64,000 bases of DNA from a bacterium (GTDB lineage: Bacteria > Oederibacteriota > PGYV01). Under the pieces are notes generated by a model. That model was not told where the DNA came from, made no database searches, and saw only the letters and a list, made by a program, of their open reading frames with translations. Below are positions 18,836 through 28,828 of this stretch, in pieces. The stretch covers positions 2,474-66,473 of the forward strand of contig JAKQNO010000123.1 of the NCBI GenBank assembly GCA_029565735.1, written 5' to 3'. Within the stretch, counting starts at the first letter, position 1. Each line of letters starts with the position of its first letter. A program made the position numbers and the translations under genes.

Positions 18836-20290
18836 TTATCCTTCAGCTTTCAGTATTATATTCTTCTTGTACTTAATCTCATACTCATGAAGTTTTTCTA
18901 TGTAATCAGACTGAAGTTTTTCCTTTATCTTTTCCGGCACTACCACGGCAACGTTTTCTTCCAGCATTTTTTTGCATTCGTACTTGATCTTCTTCATGTA
19001 TTTAATGCAGATATTTTCATCGGTAAGTATCCTTCCGTGGCCATTGCACTTTGGGCACTCTTCAAAATAAATATCTTCCACCCTGCGGCTGTCGCGCTTT
19101 CTTGTAAGCTCCATCAGTCCAAATTCGCTTATATTGCCCACTTTGTGGTACATCTTGCTTTTAGCAAGCTCCTGTTCCATTACTTCTTTAACTTTTTTCC
19201 TGTTCTCTTCGGACTGCATATCAATAAAATCAATGACAATCAGGCCGCCTAAGTTGCGCAGAATTATCTGCCTTGCTATCTCCCTTGCGGCGTGCAGGTT
19301 TACCGCAAGCAGGCTGCTTTCCACATCTTCCGCCCCTTTAAACTTGCCGCTGTTGATGTCAAAAACAGTAAGCGCTTCCGTAAGGTCTATTTTTATGTAT
19401 CCGCCCTTTTTAAAAGAGACTATATTGCTGAAAATTCCGTCCACCTGTCCCTGAAGGCCGTAGTATTCAAACAGCGGGTCATTTCCTTCATAAAGGTTTA
19501 AGTCAACCGTCCTGTTATACGCGGTTTTAAGATATTTTTCCATCTCTTCATATATTTCCCTTGAATCGGTGATAATTGACGAAGTGTTTGAATCCAGATA
19601 TTCCCTGACTATCTTAACCGGAAGGTTCTGTTCGCAGTATACCTGCGCCGGCGCGCGCGATGAATCCGCGGTTTTTTTTGTTATTTTCCACCTCTCATGA
19701 AGCATTCTTATTTCTTCATGAAGGGCCGCGGCATCCGCGCCTTCAGCCTGCGTGCGCGCTATGATTCCATAATCCCCGGGTATATCGGCTTTTGCTTCCG
19801 CAATTATTGTTTTTAACCTGTCCCTTTCCGCGTCATCAGAAATCCTTCTGGAAACACCCGTCTGTTTTAAATACGGGCTGTATACAACGTAATAACCGGG
19901 CAGCATAAGGTTTGTGGTAAGCCTGGCGCCTTTTGTCTGGTATGGTTCTTTAATGACCTGCACCAGAATTTCCTGCCCTTTTTCAAAAATCCCGGTAATA
20001 TTGTCCTGCGGTTTTATCACGGCGGCTTCGCTTACATCATCAAGCATTCCTGATTCCATTATGTTGGAAGAGTCAAAATACTCCCTTTCAGATAAAAACG
20101 CCGGTTTTGAATCGCCTATATCCACAAAAACAAAATTCATTCCCGCCACAAGTTTTTCTATTTTTCCCTTATAGATATTTCCGGCTTTTGCATATACCTT
20201 TTTTTCTATAAAGAAATTGGAAAGTTTTCCGTCTTCCGCAATCGCGACCGACGTGTCGAAATCTTCCGAGTTTATGTATATTTTTTTCAC
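18836..20290 (-). CDS. rng: ribonuclease G/E family endoribonuclease
   Basis: 484 aa. N-terminal S1 domain plus RNase E/G catalytic core. Follows rodA, as in many mre-mrd-rng clusters. Confidence 0.85.
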   Translation of the reverse strand: MKKIYINSEDFDTSVAIAEDGKLSNFFIEKKVYAKAGNIYKGKIEKLVAGMNFVFVDIGDSKPAFLSEREYFDSSNIMESGMLDDVSEAAVIKPQDNITGIFEKGQEILVQVIKEPYQTKGARLTTNLMLPGYYVVYSPYLKQTGVSRRISDDAERDRLKTIIAEAKADIPGDYGIIARTQAEGADAAALHEEIRMLHERWKITKKTADSSRAPAQVYCEQNLPVKIVREYLDSNTSSIITDSREIYEEMEKYLKTAYNRTVDLNLYEGNDPLFEYYGLQGQVDGIFSNIVSFKKGGYIKIDLTEALTVFDINSGKFKGAEDVESSLLAVNLHAAREIARQIILRNLGGLIVIDFIDMQSEENRKKVKEVMEQELAKSKMYHKVGNISEFGLMELTRKRDSRRVEDIYFEECPKCNGHGRILTDENICIKYMKKIKYECKKMLEENVAVVVPEKIKEKLQSDYIEKLHEYEIKYKKNIILKAEG

Positions 20291-21414
20291 TATTTTTCCG
20301 CCTTTATGTATTCCCTGTATATGTTCTGCAGTATACCCAGGGCAATCATTGTCACAACAACCGATGTCCCGCCGTAACTTAAAAGCGGCAGCGTTATTCC
20401 GGCAACCGGCATTATTCCCATATTCATACCGACATTAACAAAAAACTGCGCGAATATCATTGTAACAAGCGCGCCGCCAAGCATTTTCCCGCCTGAAAAC
20501 CTGCACAATTTTATAATTTTAAGGGCTTCCATAATTAAAAACAGGTATATTCCAATTATTATCATCCCGCCCCATAACCCGAACTCTTCGGCAAGCACGG
20601 CATAAATAAAATCCGTGTGTTTAATAGGGATAAAATTAAGCTGGCTTTGGGTCCCTTTTTCCCAGCCTTTTCCCGATACCTGCCCGGAACCAACGGCAAT
20701 CTGGGACTGAATGACATTGTACCCGGACCCCAAAGGGTCAAGGTGCGGATTTATAAAAGTATGCAGCCTTTGTTTCTGATAATCATGCATAGTGTAATAA
20801 GCAACAGGAAGCAAAAGCACCCCTATTATCAGAATTACAGAGAGTTTTTTTACCGGTATATTTCCCAGAAACAATATCGCAAGCGTCATGGGAATAAGCA
20901 GAAGAGAGCTTCCCAGGTCAGGCTGTTTTAATATAAGAAAAAAAGGAACAAGCACTATTAAGAATACCAAAGCAAGATTTTTAAGCGAAAAAGCGTCTTT
21001 TCCTTTTATAACCAGAAACCTGACAACCGTGGCAGCCACAACAATTTTCATGAACTCGCTGGGCTGGAACCCGTATCCTCCCAGTTTAAGCCATCTTTGC
21101 GCGCCAAGCGATGTATGGCCGGCGATAAGCACAAGAAGCAGAAGAAATATAAATATTACAAAGAGATAGTTTGCCGCGGCTATGACAAGATTATAATTTA
21201 CATTCGCAAGGATTATCATCAGGATAAAACCAATGCCGTACCAGGCCGCCTGTTTCGTAAAAAAAATCTTGGACGTGTCGGGTTCTGCGCTGTAAATGCC
21301 AAGCAGTCCTATTGTCATCAACAGTATCGTGGCGCCCAGGATTACCGGGTTCATATTCTTTGTATACTGGCGCATCTGTTCCGCAAACTTAAAAATTCCC
21401 CTGAATTGTGCCAT
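20290..21414 (-). CDS. rodA: rod shape-determining protein RodA (SEDS glycosyltransferase)
   Basis: 374 aa, about 10 TM helices, FtsW/RodA/SpoVE family. Confidence 0.9.
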   Translation of the reverse strand: MAQFRGIFKFAEQMRQYTKNMNPVILGATILLMTIGLLGIYSAEPDTSKIFFTKQAAWYGIGFILMIILANVNYNLVIAAANYLFVIFIFLLLLVLIAGHTSLGAQRWLKLGGYGFQPSEFMKIVVAATVVRFLVIKGKDAFSLKNLALVFLIVLVPFFLILKQPDLGSSLLLIPMTLAILFLGNIPVKKLSVILIIGVLLLPVAYYTMHDYQKQRLHTFINPHLDPLGSGYNVIQSQIAVGSGQVSGKGWEKGTQSQLNFIPIKHTDFIYAVLAEEFGLWGGMIIIGIYLFLIMEALKIIKLCRFSGGKMLGGALVTMIFAQFFVNVGMNMGIMPVAGITLPLLSYGGTSVVVTMIALGILQNIYREYIKAEK

Positions 21415-23220
21415 CTACAACTCCTTTAAGGTCGTAAAATAAAAATTAAGCAGTTCTCCCGCTATAGGCGCCGCCGCTTCGCCGCCGCCGCCGCCGTGTT
21501 CCAGCATTACAAAAACAACAATTTCAGGATTATTAAACGGCGCGTAGCACGCGAACATGGCGTGGTTATCCCCGTGGACGTTCTGAACAGTGCCGGTTTT
21601 GCCCGCCACTTCAATTCCCCTTACCTGCGCGGCCTTGCCGGTTCCCGCCCAGTTTGACACAACACGTTTAAGCGCGTCCTGCATTATCTTAATATTTTCC
21701 TTTTTAACATCCAGTTCAAACAGTTTTTTCGGCTCCGGATTCATGAAAACCCGCCTGTTATCCATCGTCACGGCTTTTAACAGCCTTGGCTGCATCGCGT
21801 AACCGCCGTTTGCCATGGCCGCCATAATATTCAGTATTTGAATGGGAGTGCTTGTTATATATCCCTGCCCGATGGCCATCATAACCGTATTCCCGGGAAA
21901 CCACGGAGTTCTTGATATCCTTCTTTTCCATTCCCTTGTGGGTACAAGGCCTGTTTTTTCTCCCGGAAGATCTATCCCTGTTTTCTGGCCAAGCCCGAAC
22001 ATTACGGAGTATTTATAAAGCAATTCAACCGTCATTTTAAGGGATACTTTATAAAAATAAACGTCGCATGACTGTTCTATAGCCTTGTAAAAACTTACCC
22101 ATCCGTGCCCCGTCCTTTTCCAGCATTTATACGGCCAGGTTTTAATCCAGTATATGCCTTCGCAGAAAAACGCGTCGTCTGTTTTTACTATATTCTCATT
22201 TAAGGCTCCGGAACCGGTCACAATTTTGTAAATTGATCCCGGCGAATAAAGCCCCTGAACAGCCCGGTTATTAAGCGGGTTTGCTTTATCCCTTAATATT
22301 TTCTTCCAGTATTTTATGTCTATGCCGCCGCTGAAATAATTAAGGTCATAGTCCGGTTTTGAAGCCATGCAAAGAATATCGCCGGTTTTAGGCTCCATCG
22401 CTATTATGACGCCGTTCTGATCTGCATTTTTGAGCTGCTGCTCCGCAAACTTCTGCAGCCTGAAATCAATCGTAAGCACAAGGTTTTTGCCCTGCTGTGA
22501 TTCCACTTTTTCCGCGATTCTTTTCTGCCTTCCCATGGCATCGGTGACTATATATACAAGTCCGTCTTTTCCCCGCAGATGTTTATCGTAATAATTTTCT
22601 ATCCCTGTCTGCCCAATTATGTCGCCCATCCTGTAATCTTTATACTTTGTGTTTTTCATCTGGTTCTGGGTAATTTCCCCTGTATAGCCGATTACATGCG
22701 ACGCAAGGCTGCCGAAAGGATACTGCCTTTGAGGATCCTGCAGAATGGTAATTCCGTTTATTTCCACGGTTTTCTCGGTCAATTCGGAAAGCTGTTTTAA
22801 ATTCAGCGCCCTTTTAAGAATTATCGGTTCAAAGACATGCACCCCGCTGGCTGCAAGCTTTTCTTTAATTTCAGAAACATCCAGCCCAAGCACACCGGCA
22901 ACTTCCTGTAAATTTTTTTCAAGTTTGCTGTTTGTGTTAAAATAAAACGGAATGATGCCCGCGGAATAAGCCGGCGAATTTGTCACCATCGCCCTGTAAT
23001 TTCTGTCGTAAATATATCCCCTTGGCGCGGTTTCCCTGACAAAGGTAATGCTGTTGGATTCCGCAAGGCCTGAATAATAATTACCTTTTATTACCTGAAG
23101 GTAAAAAAGCCGGCTCGCCAGGACTATAACCGCTATTCCCGCGATCCAGCCGTAGAATTTAACCCTTAAGAAATTCCGGTATACGCCCTTTATATTTTCG
23201 CGGATGTCGTCTTTAACCAT
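21415..23220 (-). CDS. mrdA: penicillin-binding protein 2 (peptidoglycan D,D-transpeptidase)
   Basis: 601 aa. Dimerisation plus transpeptidase domains (SxxK, SxN, KTG motifs present). Confidence 0.9.
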   Translation of the reverse strand: MVKDDIRENIKGVYRNFLRVKFYGWIAGIAVIVLASRLFYLQVIKGNYYSGLAESNSITFVRETAPRGYIYDRNYRAMVTNSPAYSAGIIPFYFNTNSKLEKNLQEVAGVLGLDVSEIKEKLAASGVHVFEPIILKRALNLKQLSELTEKTVEINGITILQDPQRQYPFGSLASHVIGYTGEITQNQMKNTKYKDYRMGDIIGQTGIENYYDKHLRGKDGLVYIVTDAMGRQKRIAEKVESQQGKNLVLTIDFRLQKFAEQQLKNADQNGVIIAMEPKTGDILCMASKPDYDLNYFSGGIDIKYWKKILRDKANPLNNRAVQGLYSPGSIYKIVTGSGALNENIVKTDDAFFCEGIYWIKTWPYKCWKRTGHGWVSFYKAIEQSCDVYFYKVSLKMTVELLYKYSVMFGLGQKTGIDLPGEKTGLVPTREWKRRISRTPWFPGNTVMMAIGQGYITSTPIQILNIMAAMANGGYAMQPRLLKAVTMDNRRVFMNPEPKKLFELDVKKENIKIMQDALKRVVSNWAGTGKAAQVRGIEVAGKTGTVQNVHGDNHAMFACYAPFNNPEIVVFVMLEHGGGGGEAAAPIAGELLNFYFTTLKEL

Positions 23221-23573
23221 CTTGATCCTTCCCCGTTATAAATTTCCGCCATCTTAAGGGCAAACACGCCGGTAATCGCCGTGGCAAAAAAAGGCCTGAC
23301 GGCTGAAAACGGAAAAGCCTGCGAACCTATCCCCCAGTAGAAAAATGAAGCCGAAAGCCACTGCAAAGAAACCGCCGCAGCGGCGCCGCAGGTAATTATG
23401 ACAGCACGCGCTATAAAATTTTCTTTGTAAAAATTGGCATATATGAACTTAAAAACAAAATAAGTAAGTATTCCCGCGCATAACCCGCCGCCAAAATGCG
23501 GAAGCGTCAGCGCGTCCATGTATAAATACATAATAACCGCGGCCAGCGCGGCGGTTTTATCTTTTTTAAACAT
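23190..23573 (-). CDS. mreD: rod shape-determining protein MreD (probable)
   Basis: 127-aa polytopic membrane protein between mreC and mrdA. Assignment rests on position and hydrophobicity. Confidence 0.6.
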   Translation of the reverse strand: MFKKDKTAALAAVIMYLYMDALTLPHFGGGLCAGILTYFVFKFIYANFYKENFIARAVIITCGAAAAVSLQWLSASFFYWGIGSQAFPFSAVRPFFATAITGVFALKMAEIYNGEGSRWLKTTSAKI

Positions 23574-23708
23574 AACAAGAATGCTTATCGTTATATAGGC
23601 GGCATCAACTCCGTGAAGCAGGCTTCCCGGAATAAAACTGTAAATATGAAAGGCAGCCGCTAAAACAACCAGCCAGATAATGCCTGAATTTTTGATATTT
23701 ATGCTCCT

Positions 23709-24503
23709 TTATTTTTTACGGACTACAAGCACTTCCCTGACAGTGTTGGTATTTACATAGGGTTTAACCCGGATTACCAGAGAAAGGTTGCTGCTTTTTT
23801 TATCAACAGCTGTCACTTCGCCTATTTTTATCCCCGCCGGAAAAGAAGATCCAAGCTCCGACGTAAGGATAACATCGCCAAGCTGAACGTCTTCTTCCTT
23901 TGGAACGTATTTTAATTCGCACATATTATTCCCGGCGCCGATCAGTATGCCGGCCACACCGCTGCGTTCAACCCTTGCGCTTATGCTGCTTTTTACGTCG
24001 GTTAACAGCTGTACCATGCATGTGGAATCGCCCGCGCTTGAAACCCTTCCAAGTACTCCGCCCGGTGCAAATACCCCGTCGCCTTCTTCAACACCGTCTT
24101 TAACGCCCCTGTCAAGCGCGTAAAACTGAATGAATCCGCTGCCTGTGCTTATCGCGTTTGCAGCGGTCCTTACGCGTTTTCCGTAAGACTCATTTTCCTT
24201 TAAGAATTTAATCCTGTTCATGCTTGCAAGTTCCGCGCGAAGCGACTGGTTTTCCATATCAAGGGCCATATTTTTTTGCGTTAAATAACGCATGCCATGA
24301 TTTGAAGTGAACAGATTTTTAACGGCTGTAAGTGTATCAGAAAAGGAAAAAAAAGCGTTTCCTGTTTTTTCCTGGACAGCATGAACTGTCCGGCCTACAG
24401 GGCCGGGCGCGCTTTTTTTCCACGCAAACAGCCCGGCTGTTATGGCTGTTATGATAATTACCGAATAGAACAGCTTTTCAGAAAGTTTTACCCTTCGTTT
24501 CAT
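23709..24503 (-). CDS. mreC: rod shape-determining protein MreC
   Basis: 264 aa. N-terminal TM, coiled coil and C-terminal beta domains. Confidence 0.85.
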   Translation of the reverse strand: MKRRVKLSEKLFYSVIIITAITAGLFAWKKSAPGPVGRTVHAVQEKTGNAFFSFSDTLTAVKNLFTSNHGMRYLTQKNMALDMENQSLRAELASMNRIKFLKENESYGKRVRTAANAISTGSGFIQFYALDRGVKDGVEEGDGVFAPGGVLGRVSSAGDSTCMVQLLTDVKSSISARVERSGVAGILIGAGNNMCELKYVPKEEDVQLGDVILTSELGSSFPAGIKIGEVTAVDKKSSNLSLVIRVKPYVNTNTVREVLVVRKK

Positions 24504-24512
24504 CTTGCCTTT

Positions 24513-25562
24513 TTAGGAAGCAATGTGCGTTTCTTCGCCTTCAAAAGAGAGCCTTCTTAAGACGTCAAGCTGCTCTTCAAGCATCTTGCCGGCGCCTTTA
24601 ACGACGCATTCCTGCGGGGATTCTCCGATATGCACGGGCACTCCGGTTTCCTCCCTTAACTTCTTGTCGAAATTCCTAAGCTGCGCTCCGCCGCCTGTCA
24701 GCACAATGCCCTTGTCAATGATGTCAGCAGCAAGTTCCGGTTTGGTCTGTTCAAGAGTAAACTTGATGCCGTCAATTATTTTGGTTATCGGTTCTTCTAT
24801 GGCAATAGCCATTTCGTCCGAATTTATTCTTATTGTCCTTGGAAGCCCTGTGGTTAAGTCGCTTCCTTTTACATCCATTTCATCGGCCTTATCCAGTTTC
24901 ATCGCGCAACCAATCTGTATCTTAATTTTTTCCGCGGTGCGTTCTCCAATCTGAATGTTATATGCCTTTTTAAGGTATGCTGCAATTGCATCGTCAAATT
25001 TATCGCCGGCTGTCCTGATTGAATTAAAAACTACCAGTCCGCCCATGGATATAACCGCCACTTCAGTCGTTCCGCCGCCGATATCAACAACCATGTGGCC
25101 TACCGGATCTTCAACAGGAAGCCCCGCGCCTATCGCGGCTGCCATTGGTTCATCAATAAGATAAACTTCCCTTGCGCCCGCCTGTATGGCGGATTCGCGC
25201 ACAGCGCGCCTTTCAACGGGGGTAACGCCCTTGGGAACTGAAATCGCAATCCTTGGACTTACAAGCGAATGCCTGTTATGAACCTTTACGATAAAATACC
25301 TTAACATTTTTTCCGTTACATTAAAGTCTGCAATTACGCCGTCTTTCATAGGCCTTATAGCCTGCACATCGCCGGGTGTCTTGCCCACCATTTCTTTTGC
25401 CGCGTTTCCGACCGCGATTACTTCACGGCCTTTATAAAGCGCAACAATTGAAGGTTCTTTTAATACAATTCCTTTGCCTTTAAGATATACAAGCGTCGTG
25501 GCCGTTCCAAGGTCAATGGCCATGTCGTTTGAAAACATTCCAAGAAAATAATCCAATATCAT
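24513..25562 (-). CDS. mreB: actin-like rod shape-determining protein MreB
   Basis: 349 aa. IDLGTATT and DIGGGTTE actin-fold motifs. Confidence 0.95.
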   Translation of the reverse strand: MILDYFLGMFSNDMAIDLGTATTLVYLKGKGIVLKEPSIVALYKGREVIAVGNAAKEMVGKTPGDVQAIRPMKDGVIADFNVTEKMLRYFIVKVHNRHSLVSPRIAISVPKGVTPVERRAVRESAIQAGAREVYLIDEPMAAAIGAGLPVEDPVGHMVVDIGGGTTEVAVISMGGLVVFNSIRTAGDKFDDAIAAYLKKAYNIQIGERTAEKIKIQIGCAMKLDKADEMDVKGSDLTTGLPRTIRINSDEMAIAIEEPITKIIDGIKFTLEQTKPELAADIIDKGIVLTGGGAQLRNFDKKLREETGVPVHIGESPQECVVKGAGKMLEEQLDVLRRLSFEGEETHIAS

Positions 25563-25829
25563 TTATTTTTTCCCCTTTCCCTTTACAACTTTCTTAGGCG
25601 CTGCCTTTTTAGCTGTTTTGGGTGCTGATTTTGCGGCCTTTTTTGCCGGTTTTTTCACTTCTGTCTTCTTTATATCCGCTTTTGCCGAAGGCGCAGGCGC
25701 GGAAGCAGAATCGCCTTTTTTATTCATGAACTTTTCAAAATCAAACCCGCCCCATTCTATCATTCCCTGAAGGACTACAAGCCCTATTAATAACAATAAA
25801 AGCAATACCCCTAAAATTACTCCAACCAT
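25563..25829 (-). CDS. membrane-anchored Lys/Ala/Pro-rich (histone H1-like tail) mini-protein, first gene of the mreB operon
   Basis: 88 aa. One N-terminal TM helix then a KKPAKKAAKSAPKTAKKAAPKK tail. Stop codon abuts the mreB start. SD CAGGAGG lies upstream. Confidence 0.55.
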   Translation of the reverse strand: MVGVILGVLLLLLLIGLVVLQGMIEWGGFDFEKFMNKKGDSASAPAPSAKADIKKTEVKKPAKKAAKSAPKTAKKAAPKKVVKGKGKK

Positions 25830-25884
25830 AAATAATACCTCCTGAAATATAATTTTTTAATTACGTGTTTTACCGTTGAAATCA

Positions 25885-25920
25885 GAAAAATTATAACAAA
25901 ATAAGGGGGTATTGGCAACC
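25885..25920 (-). promoter_or_regulatory. Strong sigma70-type promoter (TTGCCA-17 bp-TATAAT) for the mini-protein-mreBCD-mrdA-rodA-rng operon
   Basis: Reverse complement of 25890-25918 reads TTGCCAATACCCCCTTATTTTGTTATAAT. Confidence 0.5.
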
Positions 25921-25924
25921 ACAA

Positions 25925-26030
25925 ATAGTTACAACTGACAGGTTACAACTGACAGGTTACAATTGACAGGTTACAGGTTGCAGCTGACAACTTGCAACTT
26001 GCAACTTGTTACTTGTTACTTGTTACTACC
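25925..26030. repeat. Microsatellite-like tandem repeats: (GGTTACAACTGACA)x3-4 then (ACTTGCA)x3 and (ACTTGTT)x3
   Basis: Visible directly in the sequence. Sits between the stop of the TonB receptor gene and the -35 element of the mre promoter. Confidence 0.75.
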
Positions 26031-26033
26031 TGC

Positions 26034-28013
26034 CTAAAATGTAACATTCACTCCCGCGTTGATGGTTCTGCCGCGCATGGGGTGTTTATTGACCACCTGA
26101 TATTCCCTGTTATCCAGCACATTATCCACGTTTGCGAATATTGACGCGTTTTCGCTTATGGTGTGCCTGACAGAAAGGTCATAAATATAGTATTCTTTCA
26201 TGTATTCACCCGCATTATCCACCCTTGAATCAATATACCTTACGCCCGCGGAAAGTTTTGTGCTAAAAGGCAGTTTGAATTCCGCCTTTGCATACACGCT
26301 GTCTTCCGGGCTGTATGAAAGTTTTTTTCCTGTTTTGCCATCCCTGGCATCAAGATAGGAATATGCGCCTGTTATGGTTACAAAATCAAAAAGCGTGAAT
26401 TCCGCCTCTAATTCCGCTCCCATAATTATGGCTCGGTTCAAATTCACAGGAGAACTTCTGGTTATATACCCATCCATTTCATCAAACCACCTTATCATAT
26501 CAGTCACGTCTCTACGAAAAAGCACTATTTTTTCCGAAATGTTACCCTCTTTTTTTGTAATTCCGACTTCATATGACATTATTTTTTCAGGCTTAAGTTC
26601 CTGATTCCCCACCGTAAAACTGGTATATGTATTACCGCTGTAGTCGTCATAATAATAAAGCGTTTCATCCCAGAACAAATCCCCAAACGTGGGTTCGGAA
26701 AACGCCTGTGATACGGAAGCGAAAATATCAGTGCTGTCCGCAATTGAATACCTTGCGCCGCCGCTGAAACTTGTAACCATGCCATAAACCGAATGCACAT
26801 CTTCCCTTACCGCGGCGGTTAAAACAAGTTTTTCAAAAAGGTAAGCCGTGGCATTTGTAATCACCGCGTGATTGCCTGTTGACTTATTTCCGGTCTTTAA
26901 GCTTTTGGCGCTTTTATTTGAAAACTCATACCCGCCGTAAACATTTACGGGCCCGGCGGTATATGAAGACATTACGCTTATCTTTCCTTCATTTTTTATG
27001 TGCCTGTCATCCACAAGTATGGCGGGATTTTTAAACGCAAGGTCACCGCCCCTGTAATAACCGCTTACCACTACCTTTGTTTCGTTAAATTTAAGCGTCT
27101 CTTCCGCGCCTACGGCAAAAAGTTCATCAAACTGTTTTGCGGCAGGCGACGGCCCAAACTGGTTAAACGGAATGCCTTCCTCTCTTTTCATATAATATCC
27201 CGATAACTTTGAATCAAGCGCGTCTCCCGAAAAAGCTATCCTTGCACCTGCGGAACGCTTAAAGAAACCTGAATTTTCCATATAACCAGGGCTTTTTTCT
27301 TCGTTGCCCGTAACCGAGTATTTCACCCCTGCTATCTGATAATCGGAAGAAATTGAATACTTCTGGAAATTATCAGAACCGTAAGAAGCTGTCAGATCCG
27401 CGATTGCCATTTTCTTCTTTTCCTTTATCAGGTTCACAACACCCGCCGCGGCATCAGCGCCGTATATTGCCGACATTCCGCCCTTTATCACTTCCACCCT
27501 TCCTATACCTGACATTTCCACCAGGTTTAAATCCACCCCGCCGGTAAAAATATCATTTAACGGGATGCCTTCATAAAGCACCAGAGACTGTTTGGAAGAA
27601 GCTCCGCGCATATTAAGCGAAGACAACCCTTCATAAGAACCGTATTTAAGGACGGATAAACCCGGCAGTTCAAACAGTACATCTTCAAGTTTAACAGCTC
27701 CGGAAGCCTTGATTTTTTCTTCGGAAATTATATCCATGCTTTTTGTAACAAGGCCTTCATACTCTTCCATTTTTCTTGCGGTGACCACAATCTCGCCAAG
27801 CGAATTGTTAACCGCCGCGGGCGTTGCGGCCGCTTTTGGCTTAAAGTCATAAAGCCCGGTATTTTTACCGGAAGGCTGCACAGGAACAGCCTGTTCAGCG
27901 GCCCCGTCCTGTATCCCGTAAATGGACTGAATTGAATTGTAATCGCTTGTAAAACCGGCGGCTGACGCTGAAAATACAGCTGCCGCAAAAAAAACAAACA
28001 ATAATCTTTTCAT
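26034..28013 (-). CDS. TonB-dependent outer-membrane receptor (BtuB-like cobalamin receptor)
   Basis: 659 aa. Signal peptide, plug domain, beta-barrel with terminal aromatic residue (VNVTF). Belongs to the B12 riboswitch operon. Confidence 0.85.
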   Translation of the reverse strand: MKRLLFVFFAAAVFSASAAGFTSDYNSIQSIYGIQDGAAEQAVPVQPSGKNTGLYDFKPKAAATPAAVNNSLGEIVVTARKMEEYEGLVTKSMDIISEEKIKASGAVKLEDVLFELPGLSVLKYGSYEGLSSLNMRGASSKQSLVLYEGIPLNDIFTGGVDLNLVEMSGIGRVEVIKGGMSAIYGADAAAGVVNLIKEKKKMAIADLTASYGSDNFQKYSISSDYQIAGVKYSVTGNEEKSPGYMENSGFFKRSAGARIAFSGDALDSKLSGYYMKREEGIPFNQFGPSPAAKQFDELFAVGAEETLKFNETKVVVSGYYRGGDLAFKNPAILVDDRHIKNEGKISVMSSYTAGPVNVYGGYEFSNKSAKSLKTGNKSTGNHAVITNATAYLFEKLVLTAAVREDVHSVYGMVTSFSGGARYSIADSTDIFASVSQAFSEPTFGDLFWDETLYYYDDYSGNTYTSFTVGNQELKPEKIMSYEVGITKKEGNISEKIVLFRRDVTDMIRWFDEMDGYITRSSPVNLNRAIIMGAELEAEFTLFDFVTITGAYSYLDARDGKTGKKLSYSPEDSVYAKAEFKLPFSTKLSAGVRYIDSRVDNAGEYMKEYYIYDLSVRHTISENASIFANVDNVLDNREYQVVNKHPMRGRTINAGVNVTF

Positions 28014-28030
28014 GGTTCCTCCGTTTATAT

Positions 28031-28828
28031 TTATATTTTTAAAAAGATGCTTTTTTTCCCTGTTTCGGGATTGTCTGCCAAACCGAATTTATCAAAGCCA
28101 TAAGCTCCCCGTATATTTTCTTCCGTAAGTACCGTGTCAGTATTACCTGAGGCAATAACCTTTCCGCCTGACATAAGTATCACATTATCCGCAATGTCAA
28201 AAGCCGCGTTGATATCGTGCGTCACCATTATCACAGTTTTGCCTTTGTCCCTGCTTGCCTTTAAAATGCCAAAAATCTTTGCCTGATGCCCAATGTCAAG
28301 AAAAGCCGAAGGCTCATCAAGCAGCATCACCAAAGAGTCCTGGGCGATGGCGCGCGCTGCAAGCGCAAGCCTTTTTTCCCCGCCTGACAGCGATTTGAAT
28401 TCACGGTTTTTCTTATCCGCCATATCGCACAACTCCAGCGCTTCTTTTGCCGCTTTAACATCACGCTCATCAAGTATGCCAAGGGCGTTTCCATGCGGGC
28501 GCCTTCCCATTGCCGTTATCTCCCATACCGTATACCCGAATTCCTGTTCTTCAGACTGCGGCACATAGGAAAATATACCTGCCCTTTTTAACGCTGATTC
28601 TGTTTTAATATCTTTAGCGCCGATGGAAATCCCCCCCTGAAAAGGGGTGTAAATGCCTGCCAGCAGTTTTAACAGCGTTGTCTTTCCCGCGCCGTTTCTG
28701 CCCGCTATGACCGTAATCCTGCCCGCTGGTATTTCAAGGAAATCAATATCAAGCGTGAATTCAGCGCCGTATCTGAAAATAACAGACGAAAGTTTTATGC
28801 TGTCCATATCACTTTCCCCTTCGCGCAA
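28031..28828 (-). CDS. ABC transporter ATP-binding protein (FecE/BtuD family)
   Basis: Walker A GRNGAGKTT. Signature LSGGEKRL. Walker B LLDEP. Confidence 0.85.
   Translation of the reverse strand: MREGESDMDSIKLSSVIFRYGAEFTLDIDFLEIPAGRITVIAGRNGAGKTTLLKLLAGIYTPFQGGISIGAKDIKTESALKRAGIFSYVPQSEEQEFGYTVWEITAMGRRPHGNALGILDERDVKAAKEALELCDMADKKNREFKSLSGGEKRLALAARAIAQDSLVMLLDEPSAFLDIGHQAKIFGILKASRDKGKTVIMVTHDINAAFDIADNVILMSGGKVIASGNTDTVLTEENIRGAYGFDKFGLADNPETGKKSIFLKI

Noticed and set aside
23574-23708. Possible missing N-terminal part of mreD (pseudogene)
   Set aside because: The 127-aa ORF is short for MreD, but the upstream 135 bp shows no in-frame extension with an obvious start. A short MreD is plausible, so it was not called a pseudogene.
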